Shown: positions 19,247 to 29,466 of the stretch, piece after piece
Numbering within the stretch: the stretch's first letter is position 1
Layout: every line of letters starts with the position of its first letter
Source of the DNA: Carpediemonas membranifera BICM
Lineage: Eukaryota; Protista; Fornicata
Assembly: GCA_019828565.1 (NCBI GenBank)
Contig: JAHDYR010000069.1
Span: 186,001-250,000, forward strand
DNA: 64,000 bases
Reading direction: 5' to 3'
Made by a program: the position numbers and the translations under genes
Notes under the pieces: model-generated
The model's input: only the letters and a program-made list of their open reading frames with translations
Told to the model about the DNA's origin: nothing
Databases searched by the model: none

Positions 19247-21211
19247 TCACTCCAACAATGTGCCGACCCGCATGGTCGAGTGGGTCTGTCCCACACCAAC
19301 CAGCGCCCGGCCAGTCACTGCAGACATCGGCCTCGCACTCCCGCGGCCATACCTAGCAGCGCGAGAACCCCTGAAATCTGCCCGGGAGCCTGACAAACTT
19401 GACCCAGGCCTGGGGGCCGGAGAGAACTCAGCGGACCCGGGAGACCCGCCCATGGCCCCAGAGTTCGCCATAGGACCCTGGGTGTACGCCTGGATAGTGT
19501 TCGGGCTCAGGCCTGGACTGCCATAGCTCTCGGCGTTCTGTAGTGGAGTACGGTGAACGTCCATCGCCGAGGCCGCCCGAGGTCTGTTGCGGGGCGACCC
19601 AGTCTCGCCTATGAGCTGCTCATACGCCTTAGCTGTGGTCACACCCACCGCCTTGATGTTGCGGTAATCCTGGAGCTGGGTTTCGAGCTCCTGGTTGCGT
19701 TCAATCAGGCGGCCGACGTCGTCGTTCGCCATAGTATTGGCCATGCGAGAGGTCGTGCGGCCGAGGTATGACCCGCTCTGGGCAGACTTGGCGCGGACTT
19801 CCGCGAGTTCTGTTTCAAGGTGGCGTCGTTCGGTCTCGTGGGCTCGATGGACCATAGATGCGCGGTGCTGGCCGGCCAACAGACGCCTGATCTTCGCAGC
19901 CATCTCCTCGACCTCGCGCTCCTTCTCCTTGAGTCTGTTCTTATAAATCTCGACATAAAACGGATTCGACTCTGCCGACTCCTTGACCGACTTCGACCGC
20001 TGGCGTGTCTCGCGTCTGGCGTCGACCTTGCGCTGGCTCTCGACGGCTCTGTAAAGCTTGTCGTACTCCGTCTTCAGGTCTATCATCTTCTTTTGAGCAG
20101 AGTCGGCGTTGAACTTAGCCTGACGCAGTTCCTTTTGCATGACGGTAATCTTGTCGCGCATGCTCGATACCTGCTTGGTGGCCTCCTCCGCCTTCTTCTC
20201 GGCCTCCGCGATCTTCTGCATCCTGACATTTGACCGATAAGATTTGATTTGCTGTTTCAACAGCACGATCTCCTGGTTCGCCCGCTCAAGCTCAGCCTCT
20301 GTCTTCGAGAACTTCTTCACTTCATGCTCGAACTTTTTGAGGGAATTCACGTGACTCGCTTGTACTTTTGCCAGATCAAACTTGTTCTGCATCTTGTTGA
20401 CCACGATCTGTGACTCAAGCTGGGAGACTCGCATGAGCTTGAGGTCCTTCTCGCCGATAATCCTTTCCTTGGACTCGAGCTGCGTGTTGTTCTCTGCCAT
20501 CTCTTGTTCTTTCTCGGCTAGAAGTCTCGAGATCTCTGCGTTGTCAGCTCGGATCGAGGTGAGGACCTCCTGGGAACGGAACATGGCCAGCTCGTGAGCC
20601 TCGCGCTCCTTTGTAAGGGCACGCTCGGCTGCTTCTTGAGCCTCTCTTGCGGCCTGGAGAGCGTCCACGAGCTCTTTGTTTCTGTTTTCGAGCCTTTCCT
20701 TCGCCTGCTCGACCTCATCCTTCCGGCGTGCAAGCTTATCCTTCAGCTCATTCTCGAAATCCTCCTTGAAGATGAGCAGAACACGGAGAGAGGCGCGAAG
20801 CATGTCTAGGACGACCAGTGGACTCTTCTGGCGGAGCTCGAGGCGGTCCTTCTCAATGTCGGTGGTGGTGTCAGGGTTGTCGGTGCTCCGGTCGCGCATC
20901 TCCAGGTAGAGATCGATGATGGCCGACTCAATGCGGTCAACGCGATCAATACGTTCTTGGAGGGCGTTACGGCGCTCGGTTTCGGAAGAAACTGAACGCT
21001 GGAGGCTAGTGATGATCTTGTTCTTCTCATCCTCGATCTCTCGGACCTGGAAGTAGTAAATATCGCGCTCGCGCTCAGCTTCTTTCAGCTTCTGACGCAT
21101 AGCCTCGTACTCGTCCTTCGCTGAAGCACGAATCGCGGCATCTGCGCTTGAACCATCTAACAGCGCCTTCAGGTTCGGCCATGCATCTGTAACTTGCGTG
21201 CCGTCTGCCAT
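19247..21211 (-). CDS. Long coiled-coil protein (possibly centrosomal or flagellar)
   Basis: 654-aa E/K/R-rich heptad ORF with a low-complexity RPxSA-type tail. Confidence 0.8.
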   Translation of the reverse strand: MADGTQVTDAWPNLKALLDGSSADAAIRASAKDEYEAMRQKLKEAERERDIYYFQVREIEDEKNKIITSLQRSVSSETERRNALQERIDRVDRIESAIIDLYLEMRDRSTDNPDTTTDIEKDRLELRQKSPLVVLDMLRASLRVLLIFKEDFENELKDKLARRKDEVEQAKERLENRNKELVDALQAAREAQEAAERALTKEREAHELAMFRSQEVLTSIRADNAEISRLLAEKEQEMAENNTQLESKERIIGEKDLKLMRVSQLESQIVVNKMQNKFDLAKVQASHVNSLKKFEHEVKKFSKTEAELERANQEIVLLKQQIKSYRSNVRMQKIAEAEKKAEEATKQVSSMRDKITVMQKELRQAKFNADSAQKKMIDLKTEYDKLYRAVESQRKVDARRETRQRSKSVKESAESNPFYVEIYKNRLKEKEREVEEMAAKIRRLLAGQHRASMVHRAHETERRHLETELAEVRAKSAQSGSYLGRTTSRMANTMANDDVGRLIERNQELETQLQDYRNIKAVGVTTAKAYEQLIGETGSPRNRPRAASAMDVHRTPLQNAESYGSPGLSPNTIQAYTQGPMANSGAMGGSPGSAEFSPAPRPGSSLSGSRADFRGSRAARYGRGSARPMSAVTGRALVGVGQTHSTMRVGTLLE

Positions 21212-21589
21212 GCTGTGCCGATTCCAAAATTTCGCAGCTTAAGGTATGAAGAAAATTTTTCTCGGTTGTGCCTGAACCATTGAGTATTGCAGCGAGTGAC
21301 GTGCATTGCAACCTGTCAGTGCGCACACGACGACCCTGCTCTTTTCAACCTGATGTCACAGGCCGGCTACAGTGATTCATGCTTTGCCAACGCTCGACCC
21401 AGAAACACAAACGCAGGTACTACCGACCCCTATCGTGTCCGGCGACTCGCTAGGTCTTGCTGCGGTAGAGTTGAGCCGTGTCGTGTCAATTTTGACAATT
21501 TTTCGCTACACTACCAACCTCGGCTCTTTCTCGAAGCCAAGGTCGAAATACTAGAGTTCTTTACGTTACGATATGATCATTGTCTTGAG

Positions 21590-22639
21590 ATGAGTTTCAT
21601 TGACTACTCTAACCGGCATAGATTTCTCTCAACAACCTCACAAGCATCTTTCAAGGTTCCCACCGGCCAGATTTCCTTCCAAGCTCCCAAACGGCCAATA
21701 GGGCCCCTCAGTTCCGATAAGATTATCCCTCTCCTCTCCAAATCATCATACGATCTGAGCATGCATTTCCGTAACACGTTTTCGTTCAGTGAGGAGTTCG
21801 TTGGCCGTCACCTGCGCCGTCTGCTGATGCCAGACACCGCCAGTGTGCGCGAGGGCTACTCCGTCGACGAGATCATCAACGCGCAGGTTTCTGTGATCAT
21901 TGGCGGGATGAGTCGTGACTTCTCCCCATCCTATGAGCCATGGATCCTCTTCGAGCACAGGTCGCCAGACACGAACTTCCCCAACGACCTATGTCTTGCT
22001 GGCGGTTTGGTTAAGGCGTCGGAGATGACTGACCCGCGGTCGGCCATTCTACGGGAAATGGAGGAGGAGGCGGCCTTGATGGTAGACGGCATCCGTATAT
22101 CAGGCGCCCTGCGTAATATTATGCTCAAGAGGGTCGACGAGACCCACAAGGGCCCTCGGCGTAGACTCATTAACGTTATTCCCATCGTCACGTTCAGCCG
22201 CCGTCCGATTGATTCATTCAAGCTTGACCCCCAATACCGGGAGGTCCAGCGCCTCCTTGCCGCCAACTTCCGGTCTCTCTTGATCAACAGCAAGCACTAC
22301 GCCACGCACGAGGACATCCTCTCCGACGGCCCCCTGCTCAGAGACAACCTCCCCGCCCCCCTGGTCAAGCAGTGGGGCAAGCAGGGCGCGGTCACGCTGT
22401 GCACCACCCCCGCAGATTACCCGTACACCAACCCCGTCGCCTTCTCCCAGCCCCGGGCCGACGACCCCGTCGCCGTGCTCGACCCGTACGCCCTTCGTAC
22501 GGTCAGCCTGACTGAGCCGGACAAGCCGCCCGCCGAGCAGGACCTGAGCTATGGGCTGACCGGGGCTATTATCAACAGGATGGTTGAGGTACTGCTGGGG
22601 GGACTGAAGACGATGACGCCCCATAGGAGCAGGAGGTAG
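21590..22639 (+). CDS. Nudix hydrolase (CoA-pyrophosphatase-like)
   Basis: Nudix box LAGGLVKASEMTDPRSAILREMEEEAAL preceded by HRS..TNFPNDLC. The start is uncertain: the ORF is open from 21287 and ATG 21590 was chosen. Confidence 0.75.
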   Translation: MSFIDYSNRHRFLSTTSQASFKVPTGQISFQAPKRPIGPLSSDKIIPLLSKSSYDLSMHFRNTFSFSEEFVGRHLRRLLMPDTASVREGYSVDEIINAQVSVIIGGMSRDFSPSYEPWILFEHRSPDTNFPNDLCLAGGLVKASEMTDPRSAILREMEEEAALMVDGIRISGALRNIMLKRVDETHKGPRRRLINVIPIVTFSRRPIDSFKLDPQYREVQRLLAANFRSLLINSKHYATHEDILSDGPLLRDNLPAPLVKQWGKQGAVTLCTTPADYPYTNPVAFSQPRADDPVAVLDPYALRTVSLTEPDKPPAEQDLSYGLTGAIINRMVEVLLGGLKTMTPHRSRR

Positions 22640-22824
22640 CATTGGTCTGCCCGGCTTGATTGTATACTAGTAAAGCCGGTCTGGATTGGCGGGCAGAGAT
22701 TGTTATGATCGTCGCATGGTTGCAGCTGAGCCTGCATGCTTTCGTCACTGGAGCTGGGCCATCCACAGATTTTTCGCAACTCAGACACGACCCAATCACT
22801 GCATAGACTCACAATAATTTATGC

Positions 22825-23955
22825 TTAGTGCTGGCTGTGCTTCATACGGCCATACGCGTCGGCGGCCTTGATGGCGGCGAAGACGGTCTCGGCGGACACG
22901 TGGAAAGGCATGTTGACGGCAGTGTCAGTGGGCGCAGCAGCGGCGGCAGCAACGCGCATGAGGTCCTCGTCGGAGACGTTACACATGCCGATGTCTCCCA
23001 GAGCAATGGGGAGGCCGACGGAGAGGCAGTAGTTGGCCACAGTCTCGATCTCCTCCATGGGGGCGTTCTCCATAAAGAGGTGAGTCATCACACCGAAGGC
23101 GACCTTCTCGCCGTGGAGGTAGGCGTGGGACTCCTCGAGGACAGTCAGACCGTTGTGGACGGCGTGTGCGGCGCCAAGCCCGCCAGACTCGAAGCCGATG
23201 CCGGAAAGGAGGGTGTTGGCCTCAACGATGGCCTCGAGAGCCTGGGAAGGCACGCCGGCCTCGGCGGAGAGCTTGGCCTTGACAGAGTCGGAGAGGAGGG
23301 TGTCATAACAGAGACGGGCGAGGGCCTGGCCTGTGATGGTGGCGACACCGCCGGCGCACGTCGTGCAGTCCTTCTGCTTGGAGGCGCGGGCCTCGAAGTA
23401 AGTGGCGAGGGCATCGCCCATGCCAGCGACAAGGGTGCGGACAGGGGCCTTGGCGATGACGGCCGTGTCGACGAGCACGAGGTCGGGGTTACGGGGCACT
23501 GGGTAATCCATGGGCTAGGGATACGAACGGAAGAGATACTCCTCAAAGGCGCCGTCGTCCGTGTAGATGACAGAGAGGGCTGAGCAGGGAGCGTCGGAGC
23601 TGGCGATGGTGGGGATGATGACGACGGAGCGCTTGGTGTAGTAGGCTGCGGCCTTGGCGAGATCGTGGGCCTTGCCGCCGCCGAGGGAGCAGACAACGTT
23701 GAAGTTCTCGGCCTTGATGACCTCCGCAAGGCGGTTGATCTCAGTCTTGGAGCATTCGCCGTTGAAAACGTGGTACGTGGGCTTCACATCGCCGTAGCTG
23801 GCGTTGATGGTTGCCTCGAGGCGCTTCTTGGCACCAGCGGAAAGAGCGATGATCACCTTGTCACCGAGCTTGTCGGTGTGCTCCTTGAGGTTAGCAATAA
23901 CGTTGGGGCCCTGAACATAGCGGGCGGGAGCGATAAGAACACGGTTGAGAGACAT
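22825..23955 (-). CDS. gldA: Glycerol dehydrogenase, bacterial type (exons 23955-23529, 23498-22825)
   Basis: ARYVQG, FNGECS, GGGKAHD, PTIASSDAPCSALSVIYT, GMGDALAT.FEA, SGIGFESGGLGAAHAVHNG and HGEKVAFG. The two same-frame ORFs join as EYLF-LPRNP after removing a 30-nt intron that contains the TAG. Confidence 0.93.
23499..23528 (-). other. Spliceosomal intron, 30 nt
   Basis: GTTCGT...ATTACCCAG; removes the in-frame stop and restores GldA spacing. Confidence 0.85.
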
Positions 23956-24438
23956 TGCTGTCGAATAGTTGCAGATTGCGATTGACCCTTACGATTTGCG
24001 TGCAAATCGAATCATACCGGCTTACCGACTAACGAAGAACAGCGCCTACATGCAATCCGGGGTCTATTTTTCGGCGTCCCGAATGACCCTGGCTTCATCA
24101 AGCACACGGACGTACCAAATTTCTGGTTTAGCCTAATCTGGCAAATCACCCTTGGAGACGCCCCCCTACCTTTGCCAGGCCCGCTTGAGCATCACCAGCA
24201 ATCCCGCGTCTCGAATATCACCCTCTTGACATTGTATCCGGATTTAGTGTCTGAATCATTCAAATCTGAATCACTTTGGTCAATCAACTTTACTTTCATG
24301 GATTTTCAGCCCGCAGCAACCTCAAGCAGGACCATGGTTCGCATCAGGCGTTGTGGAGACAACAGGAATAGACCTTGGATCACAATAATTATAACCTTCA
24401 GCTCCACACCGCCTTAGTGGCCGACGTATAGCTGGTGT

Positions 24439-24921
24439 TTAATTCTTGACGGGCTGGGGCGACTTCGTGAACTGGGACGCCTTCTCTACACGCTCCTTGT
24501 CGAGCCTCTCCTTGCGCTCCTTGGCGGCTGCATGCTTTTCTTCGACCTTGGCCTTAGTGGCCTCGAGCTGCTCGGTGCGGCGCTCGGCTGTGGCTTCAAC
24601 GCGGTCAAGAGTGCGTCTGGCAGAGTCGATCTTCTCCTCGAGCTTCTCGTTCTTCCGCATTTCTGCGGCGTGGAGGGCGTCGTCAACTTCAAGCTCGAGA
24701 CGCTGTGCAGATTGCTGCGTTCGCTGGCGGATGATCTCAATCTTCTCCTCTTCGCGCTTGGCCTTGAAAATCTTCTCTCTTTCGACCTCTGCACGCCGTT
24801 CCTCTGCCTCTTCTTGTGTGAGCTTGCGTCCCGAAGGAGAACGAGCCAGCTTTTCGGCAAGCTCGGCGGGCGCAGGGGCCTTGGGTTCATCAATGATGTT
24901 CATTGAATCGTAGTTCTTCAT
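24439..24921 (-). CDS. Charged helical protein with three 47-aa repeats (stathmin-like?)
   Basis: 160 aa; AEERR, AEMRK and AKERK repeats at residues 39, 86 and 133, flanked by SP sites. Confidence 0.7.
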   Translation of the reverse strand: MKNYDSMNIIDEPKAPAPAELAEKLARSPSGRKLTQEEAEERRAEVEREKIFKAKREEEKIEIIRQRTQQSAQRLELEVDDALHAAEMRKNEKLEEKIDSARRTLDRVEATAERRTEQLEATKAKVEEKHAAAKERKERLDKERVEKASQFTKSPQPVKN

Positions 24922-25728
24922 TTTCTGTCGCAATAATGGTTCGTTGTGGTTCTGACTTGGTGCAGTTTATTTTTGGCGGCACCGACACGCCCTGCCTGAC
25001 ATGCCCAAAATAGCCGTGTCACAGTTCAAGATAGTGTCTTCAATACTTGGTACATCAGATGAAAAACTGATTCGAAACTGTTTCGTTTTTGTTGAGATCG
25101 CGGGATGTGGTAGTCTTGTGAGACGAGCAGCATAAGGACGTCCGATGGGCGGTTCATGGTGAGGATGGCGTGAATATCATGCTTCCAACTTTTGACTCGA
25201 CCGACTTCTTGACTTCTTGAGCGGAAGATCCATTAATCTTGTGGATCAGGCAACATTTTGCAGAGTCGATATAAATTGAATTGTTCATGGTAAATGTCAT
25301 CTCGCTGTCTATGACAGATGCTGGGAGACGAAACCTCCACCATCAAGGCTATGAGGACGTGGCTGGCCAAGCCTCGGCTTGTCCTTCCGTCTTCTCTACC
25401 CACTGTCAACTCAAATCATAGGCTCGATGAGCAGCTGGAGCAGGTCAATCCGGTCTAACTGGGACGAAAGAGGGCCTGGCCCTGACGGCGGGTTGACCCA
25501 CAGGCTGTGTGGAAGGCTCGATCTCATCATCAGAAAAGCGTCATTCCACCAACGGCAAAGAGGACCCTAATAAAAAATATTGAAGGGATAGTTTCGGGAT
25601 GCATGACTGTTCAGCTTCGACGGGTACTCGGCTCGTCCATTCGGTTGTTAGTGGGGCCATAGCAGCTCTTCGACCCAACCAACCTGGTCGATCCAATTCA
25701 TAATGTAAGCATTTATGCCAAATCACTA

Positions 25729-27922
25729 TCACCTGATAAAATCCGGCACCTGCACATTTCCGGCATAAACGTCCTCCACGCCGGAATCACGCTGGGACTC
25801 CATGAGTGCGATAAATGTCAAAGGGGCGACACCCACCCCGCTGAATGATTCAAAGCACTCAAACGCCAGACTGTAGAAACGCTGCTCGACCATAATTAGC
25901 AATGATTCTCCAAGATTATGCCGGCAACATTGCTCGACAATTCCGGCAAGCAGCCCGCCGCGCCGAGCAACATCCACCGCATCCGGATGCTGTGCCGCCT
26001 CCAGCCCGACCAGAATACCCTCGAGCGCGCTGTCATGGTCATGCCCTTCAGCCAGCACGGTTTCAAGCAACCACACACACTCGGCTAGCGTGTCCATGTG
26101 GACTCTGGCACCATCCTCGACCGGGGCGACCGACAATGGGCTGACTGGGAGCTCCTCGGTGGCCGCATGGACGGCGGCAGCGTGGCCGAGTGCCCAGACT
26201 ACAGGCCCGAGTGGCTTGGAGGCGAGCTTGCAGACAGTGAGTGCGTCATCAAAGCGGCCTTCTTCGACAAGATAAGCGGTCGCGGAGTCACTCGACTCCA
26301 CGCCGGTCGACCAGACAGTAGCCTGAGTACGGAGCTTCCACTCCCTTGCGGTGCGGGCCTCAGCGGCCGAAGCGAGGGCTCTCTGGCTTATTGCGGCTGT
26401 TTCTGGTACAACGGGGTGTGGTCCGTGTGCTGGCATCGGGCCGACTCCGGCATACCGGAAAGACGCATCTTCTCCGGCAGTGGCTAAGAAAGTTGCTGCT
26501 GCGGCTGCGGCCCGAGCATTTTGTGCCGGATCGTCGGTTGTGATGGCGTGTAGCGCTTGTGCAGCCCCAACCATGTCACCGTGGTGCGCTCTGAACGCCG
26601 CTAGGATGAGAGCGGGCGAGGTGCTCGCGTCATCACAGGGCGCGGAGGCCCTGGTGGCGATTGCTGCGTCTACTGCATCGACCAAGTCACCCCAAGGCAG
26701 TTCGACGACGAGATCAGCTCGCTTAGCATCTAGAAGAGCGCCAGCCACAAGTCTGGCAAGATCCTTGGCGATTTGGGTATCAGCGATAACAGAAACAGCC
26801 ATGAAAGCAGTCCTGAACGCGCGGACGGTCGGCTTGATACAGTGCGTGGCCAACAGAGCCCAGAGTCGGTCTGTATGGCTCGATGTAAAGTGGTGTAGCC
26901 CCAACCCGCAGAATAAGGTCGACTCCATTGCCAGAGTCGACCCGGCCGCACTAAACGACGCCGCCGCGGTGTGTACAAGCTCTAGGAGCATGTCTGCCGT
27001 GGACGTATCCCTAGGAACTGCAGGGAACAGTGTGTGGACCATCTCTGAGGGCTGTTCGAGAGTGTCTAGCACCACCATGGCCGTATGCACACAAGCGGCC
27101 GCCGCGTCGACATCACCGAGCGCTACGAGTGCGCGGTATTGGATCACGTTCCTAGCAATGGTCGATTCAGCATCCTGGTGCCACACCTGGGACTGGCAGA
27201 GGCTTAGGGTCGCTGAGTCCTGCCCGACCTTGAGGAGGAGCAAGGAGACCTGTATGGCAGAGGGCGGGGTGAGCATGAGGTAGGGGGTGACGTCCTCGAT
27301 GTCTGCTGGAATGTATGCGGCGAGGAGGCTTGCGATGGTGGGCGGAGAGTCGGGCTTGGCCCTCTTCCTCCCGACTGAGGCGGCCTCGAGCGTGACGACG
27401 CGGAGGGTGGCTGAGTGGCGAAGCATCACGTGTGCGGCTATCTCTAGGGCACCCATAGCGTCTCCTTTGAGAGGGATGGGGGCTAGATGGGCGCAAAGGG
27501 CAAGAGCCATGCATACTGGGCGAAGGGTTTCGAGTGCAGCCTCAAGGCGGCCAATAGCTGCTTGGCCGCGTGGCTCGTCGGCTTGTGGGGCGTCGGAGAT
27601 GTTGAGGATGACTGCGGTGTCGACGGGGGCAATGGCAGCGCTGTCGAGGATGGTGAGAAGATCATCGAATATGGTGGCGTCGGGCATGGGGAAACGGTTC
27701 ATGAAGAAGGAGTAGACGAACGGGTACTCTTCTGAGCGGCTGATTAGGACAGCAAAGTCTCTGAAAGCCTTCGGAGAGCCGTCAGCCAGCAACATTTCGT
27801 CAAACTGCCAGGCGATGCTCGCTGGGAACTAGATAAGAGCGGAAATGAGATTAAATACGAACATTGTTTGCCAAAAGTGCCGAACTATGCGCTAGTTCTT
27901 CCAATTGCACAGACGAGACCAT
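25729..27922 (-). CDS. NUP160: Nup160-like alpha-solenoid nucleoporin (exons 27922-27863, 27828-25729)
   Basis: LVVELPWGDLVDAVDAAIATRA, AFRAHHGDMVGAA and YLVEEGRFDDALTVCKLASKPLGPV match Nup160 C-terminal motifs as I recall them. A 34-nt intron adds an ATG exon. Confidence 0.65.
27829..27862 (-). other. Spliceosomal intron, 34 nt
   Basis: GTTCGT...CTTATCTAG; joins a 20-codon exon in frame. An alternative donor at 27858 is possible. Confidence 0.6.
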
Positions 27923-28049
27923 CGTCGCACTTCAAGGCAACTCGGTCCGACTTCGGCCATAAGGACCCCGGGATGGCCTGGAATACGGGTATAGAACAGC
28001 ATAGGATACATGATTCCCGCTCCTGGTCCGTTTCCTCCCGTGCGAGGAG

Positions 28050-29210
28050 ATGCCGCAGTTTATAGCAAGGACAAATTCAACACACATGTCTGAGAGAGAA
28101 CAACATATGCCTGTGATGCTTGGTGGAACAAATAGGCCTGCACCGTCCGGAAATACCATGGGACCTCCAAGAATGCCGCGCCCACCGGCTGCTTCCAACT
28201 TGCTTCGCCGTGCCGTCTCCAACAGCAACCCTGGCGGACCACCACTTCCTCCACAAGCTTCATTCAGCCGCAGACCGAAAGATAACTACACTCCCGGCGA
28301 CTGGAAGGATTGCTTCGCCGAATCAATCGACGTCCCCACCTCCGAAGGCACCATCCGCGTCTACACAACCGCCACCGATGCTCCAAACCTCATATGTCTC
28401 CACGGAGCAGGCTGCTCTGCCCTCTCTTTCTGCAAACTCGCCGAAGTTCTTGCTCCCGATCTGAATGTCATCGCCATCGACTGGCCCGGCCACGGGCACA
28501 CGAAGCTTGAGCACGACGACGATCTGAGCGCCACCCGCTTGGTCAAGGTAGTGAACGACGTCATCTCCGTCCACTTGGCTGACAACAAACACGCCATATC
28601 CCTCCTAGGCCACTCGCTCGGCGGGGTCATCGCCATACAAGCCCTCGCCGACCCTACTGTCCTAGAGACCATAGGTGATAGACTCGGCAACCTCGTAGTC
28701 ATCGACGTGTGCGAGGGCGTGGCCGTTCCCTCGCTGAAACACATGCCGCTGGTCCTTCACAGGCGACCGGCCGCGTTCCCTTCGTTGGAAGCCGCGGTGA
28801 AGTGGGCTGTGGATGCAAACGTGGTCAGAGACGCCGAATCAGCCCGCTATTCAATCCCTGACCAACTCAAGCTCGACGAAACCACCGGCAAGTACGTCTG
28901 GGCGGTTGATATGCTTGCTTCAGAAGAGCACTGGCCCTCCTGGTTCAAGGGTACGGCTGACTTATTCAACAGCTCCCTTAAGCTGCCCAGATATCTGATG
29001 GTAGCCAACATGGATCGGTTAGATCAGGCCCACCTGGTAGGGCACATGCAAGGGAAGTACCAAGTCATGTGTGTAGCTGGGTCGGGCCACCACATCCACG
29101 AGGATCGGTGGCGTGAGGCGGCTGGGCATGTGAGGACGTTCATGAGTCGTTATCATTTGATTAAGGAGAATGAGGGTCAGCCTCTCGTGCCGGTTGTGGC
29201 GAAACTGTAA
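28050..29210 (+). CDS. PPME1: Protein phosphatase methylesterase 1 (PME-1), alpha/beta hydrolase
   Basis: LHGAG.SALSF, GHSLGG, VIDVCEG.A, RP..FPS, W.SWF.G, MQGKYQ and GHHIHED. The start may be ATG 28086. Confidence 0.92.
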   Translation: MPQFIARTNSTHMSEREQHMPVMLGGTNRPAPSGNTMGPPRMPRPPAASNLLRRAVSNSNPGGPPLPPQASFSRRPKDNYTPGDWKDCFAESIDVPTSEGTIRVYTTATDAPNLICLHGAGCSALSFCKLAEVLAPDLNVIAIDWPGHGHTKLEHDDDLSATRLVKVVNDVISVHLADNKHAISLLGHSLGGVIAIQALADPTVLETIGDRLGNLVVIDVCEGVAVPSLKHMPLVLHRRPAAFPSLEAAVKWAVDANVVRDAESARYSIPDQLKLDETTGKYVWAVDMLASEEHWPSWFKGTADLFNSSLKLPRYLMVANMDRLDQAHLVGHMQGKYQVMCVAGSGHHIHEDRWREAAGHVRTFMSRYHLIKENEGQPLVPVVAKL

Positions 29211-29466
29211 ACTGCTCATAACCTGATAAATATAGACGTATTTTGAGCTGGGGAGGTGGGCTTGGGTGGGTGGGCTACTCGACTCATAAATTCTGCGATT
29301 CGATTAGATGGCTTTACTTTCAATTGATGGGATCAACGGGGGTAGTGCCATGCGACTGGCACGGCTGTGTAGCGCATATGATAGAAACTGGCAAATCGGG
29401 AACACGACAGCATCAAATCCCGCAGGTTAACCGCAGGCAAAATCGAACGCTTCCTTGAATACGGCC

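Noticed and set aside
23512-23517. In-frame TAG in gldA (and at 62315) as stop reassignment or readthrough
   Set aside because: TAA and TAG end many conserved genes here (LC8, DAD1, PME-1). A consensus intron explains the gldA case, and the other gene has several further lesions.
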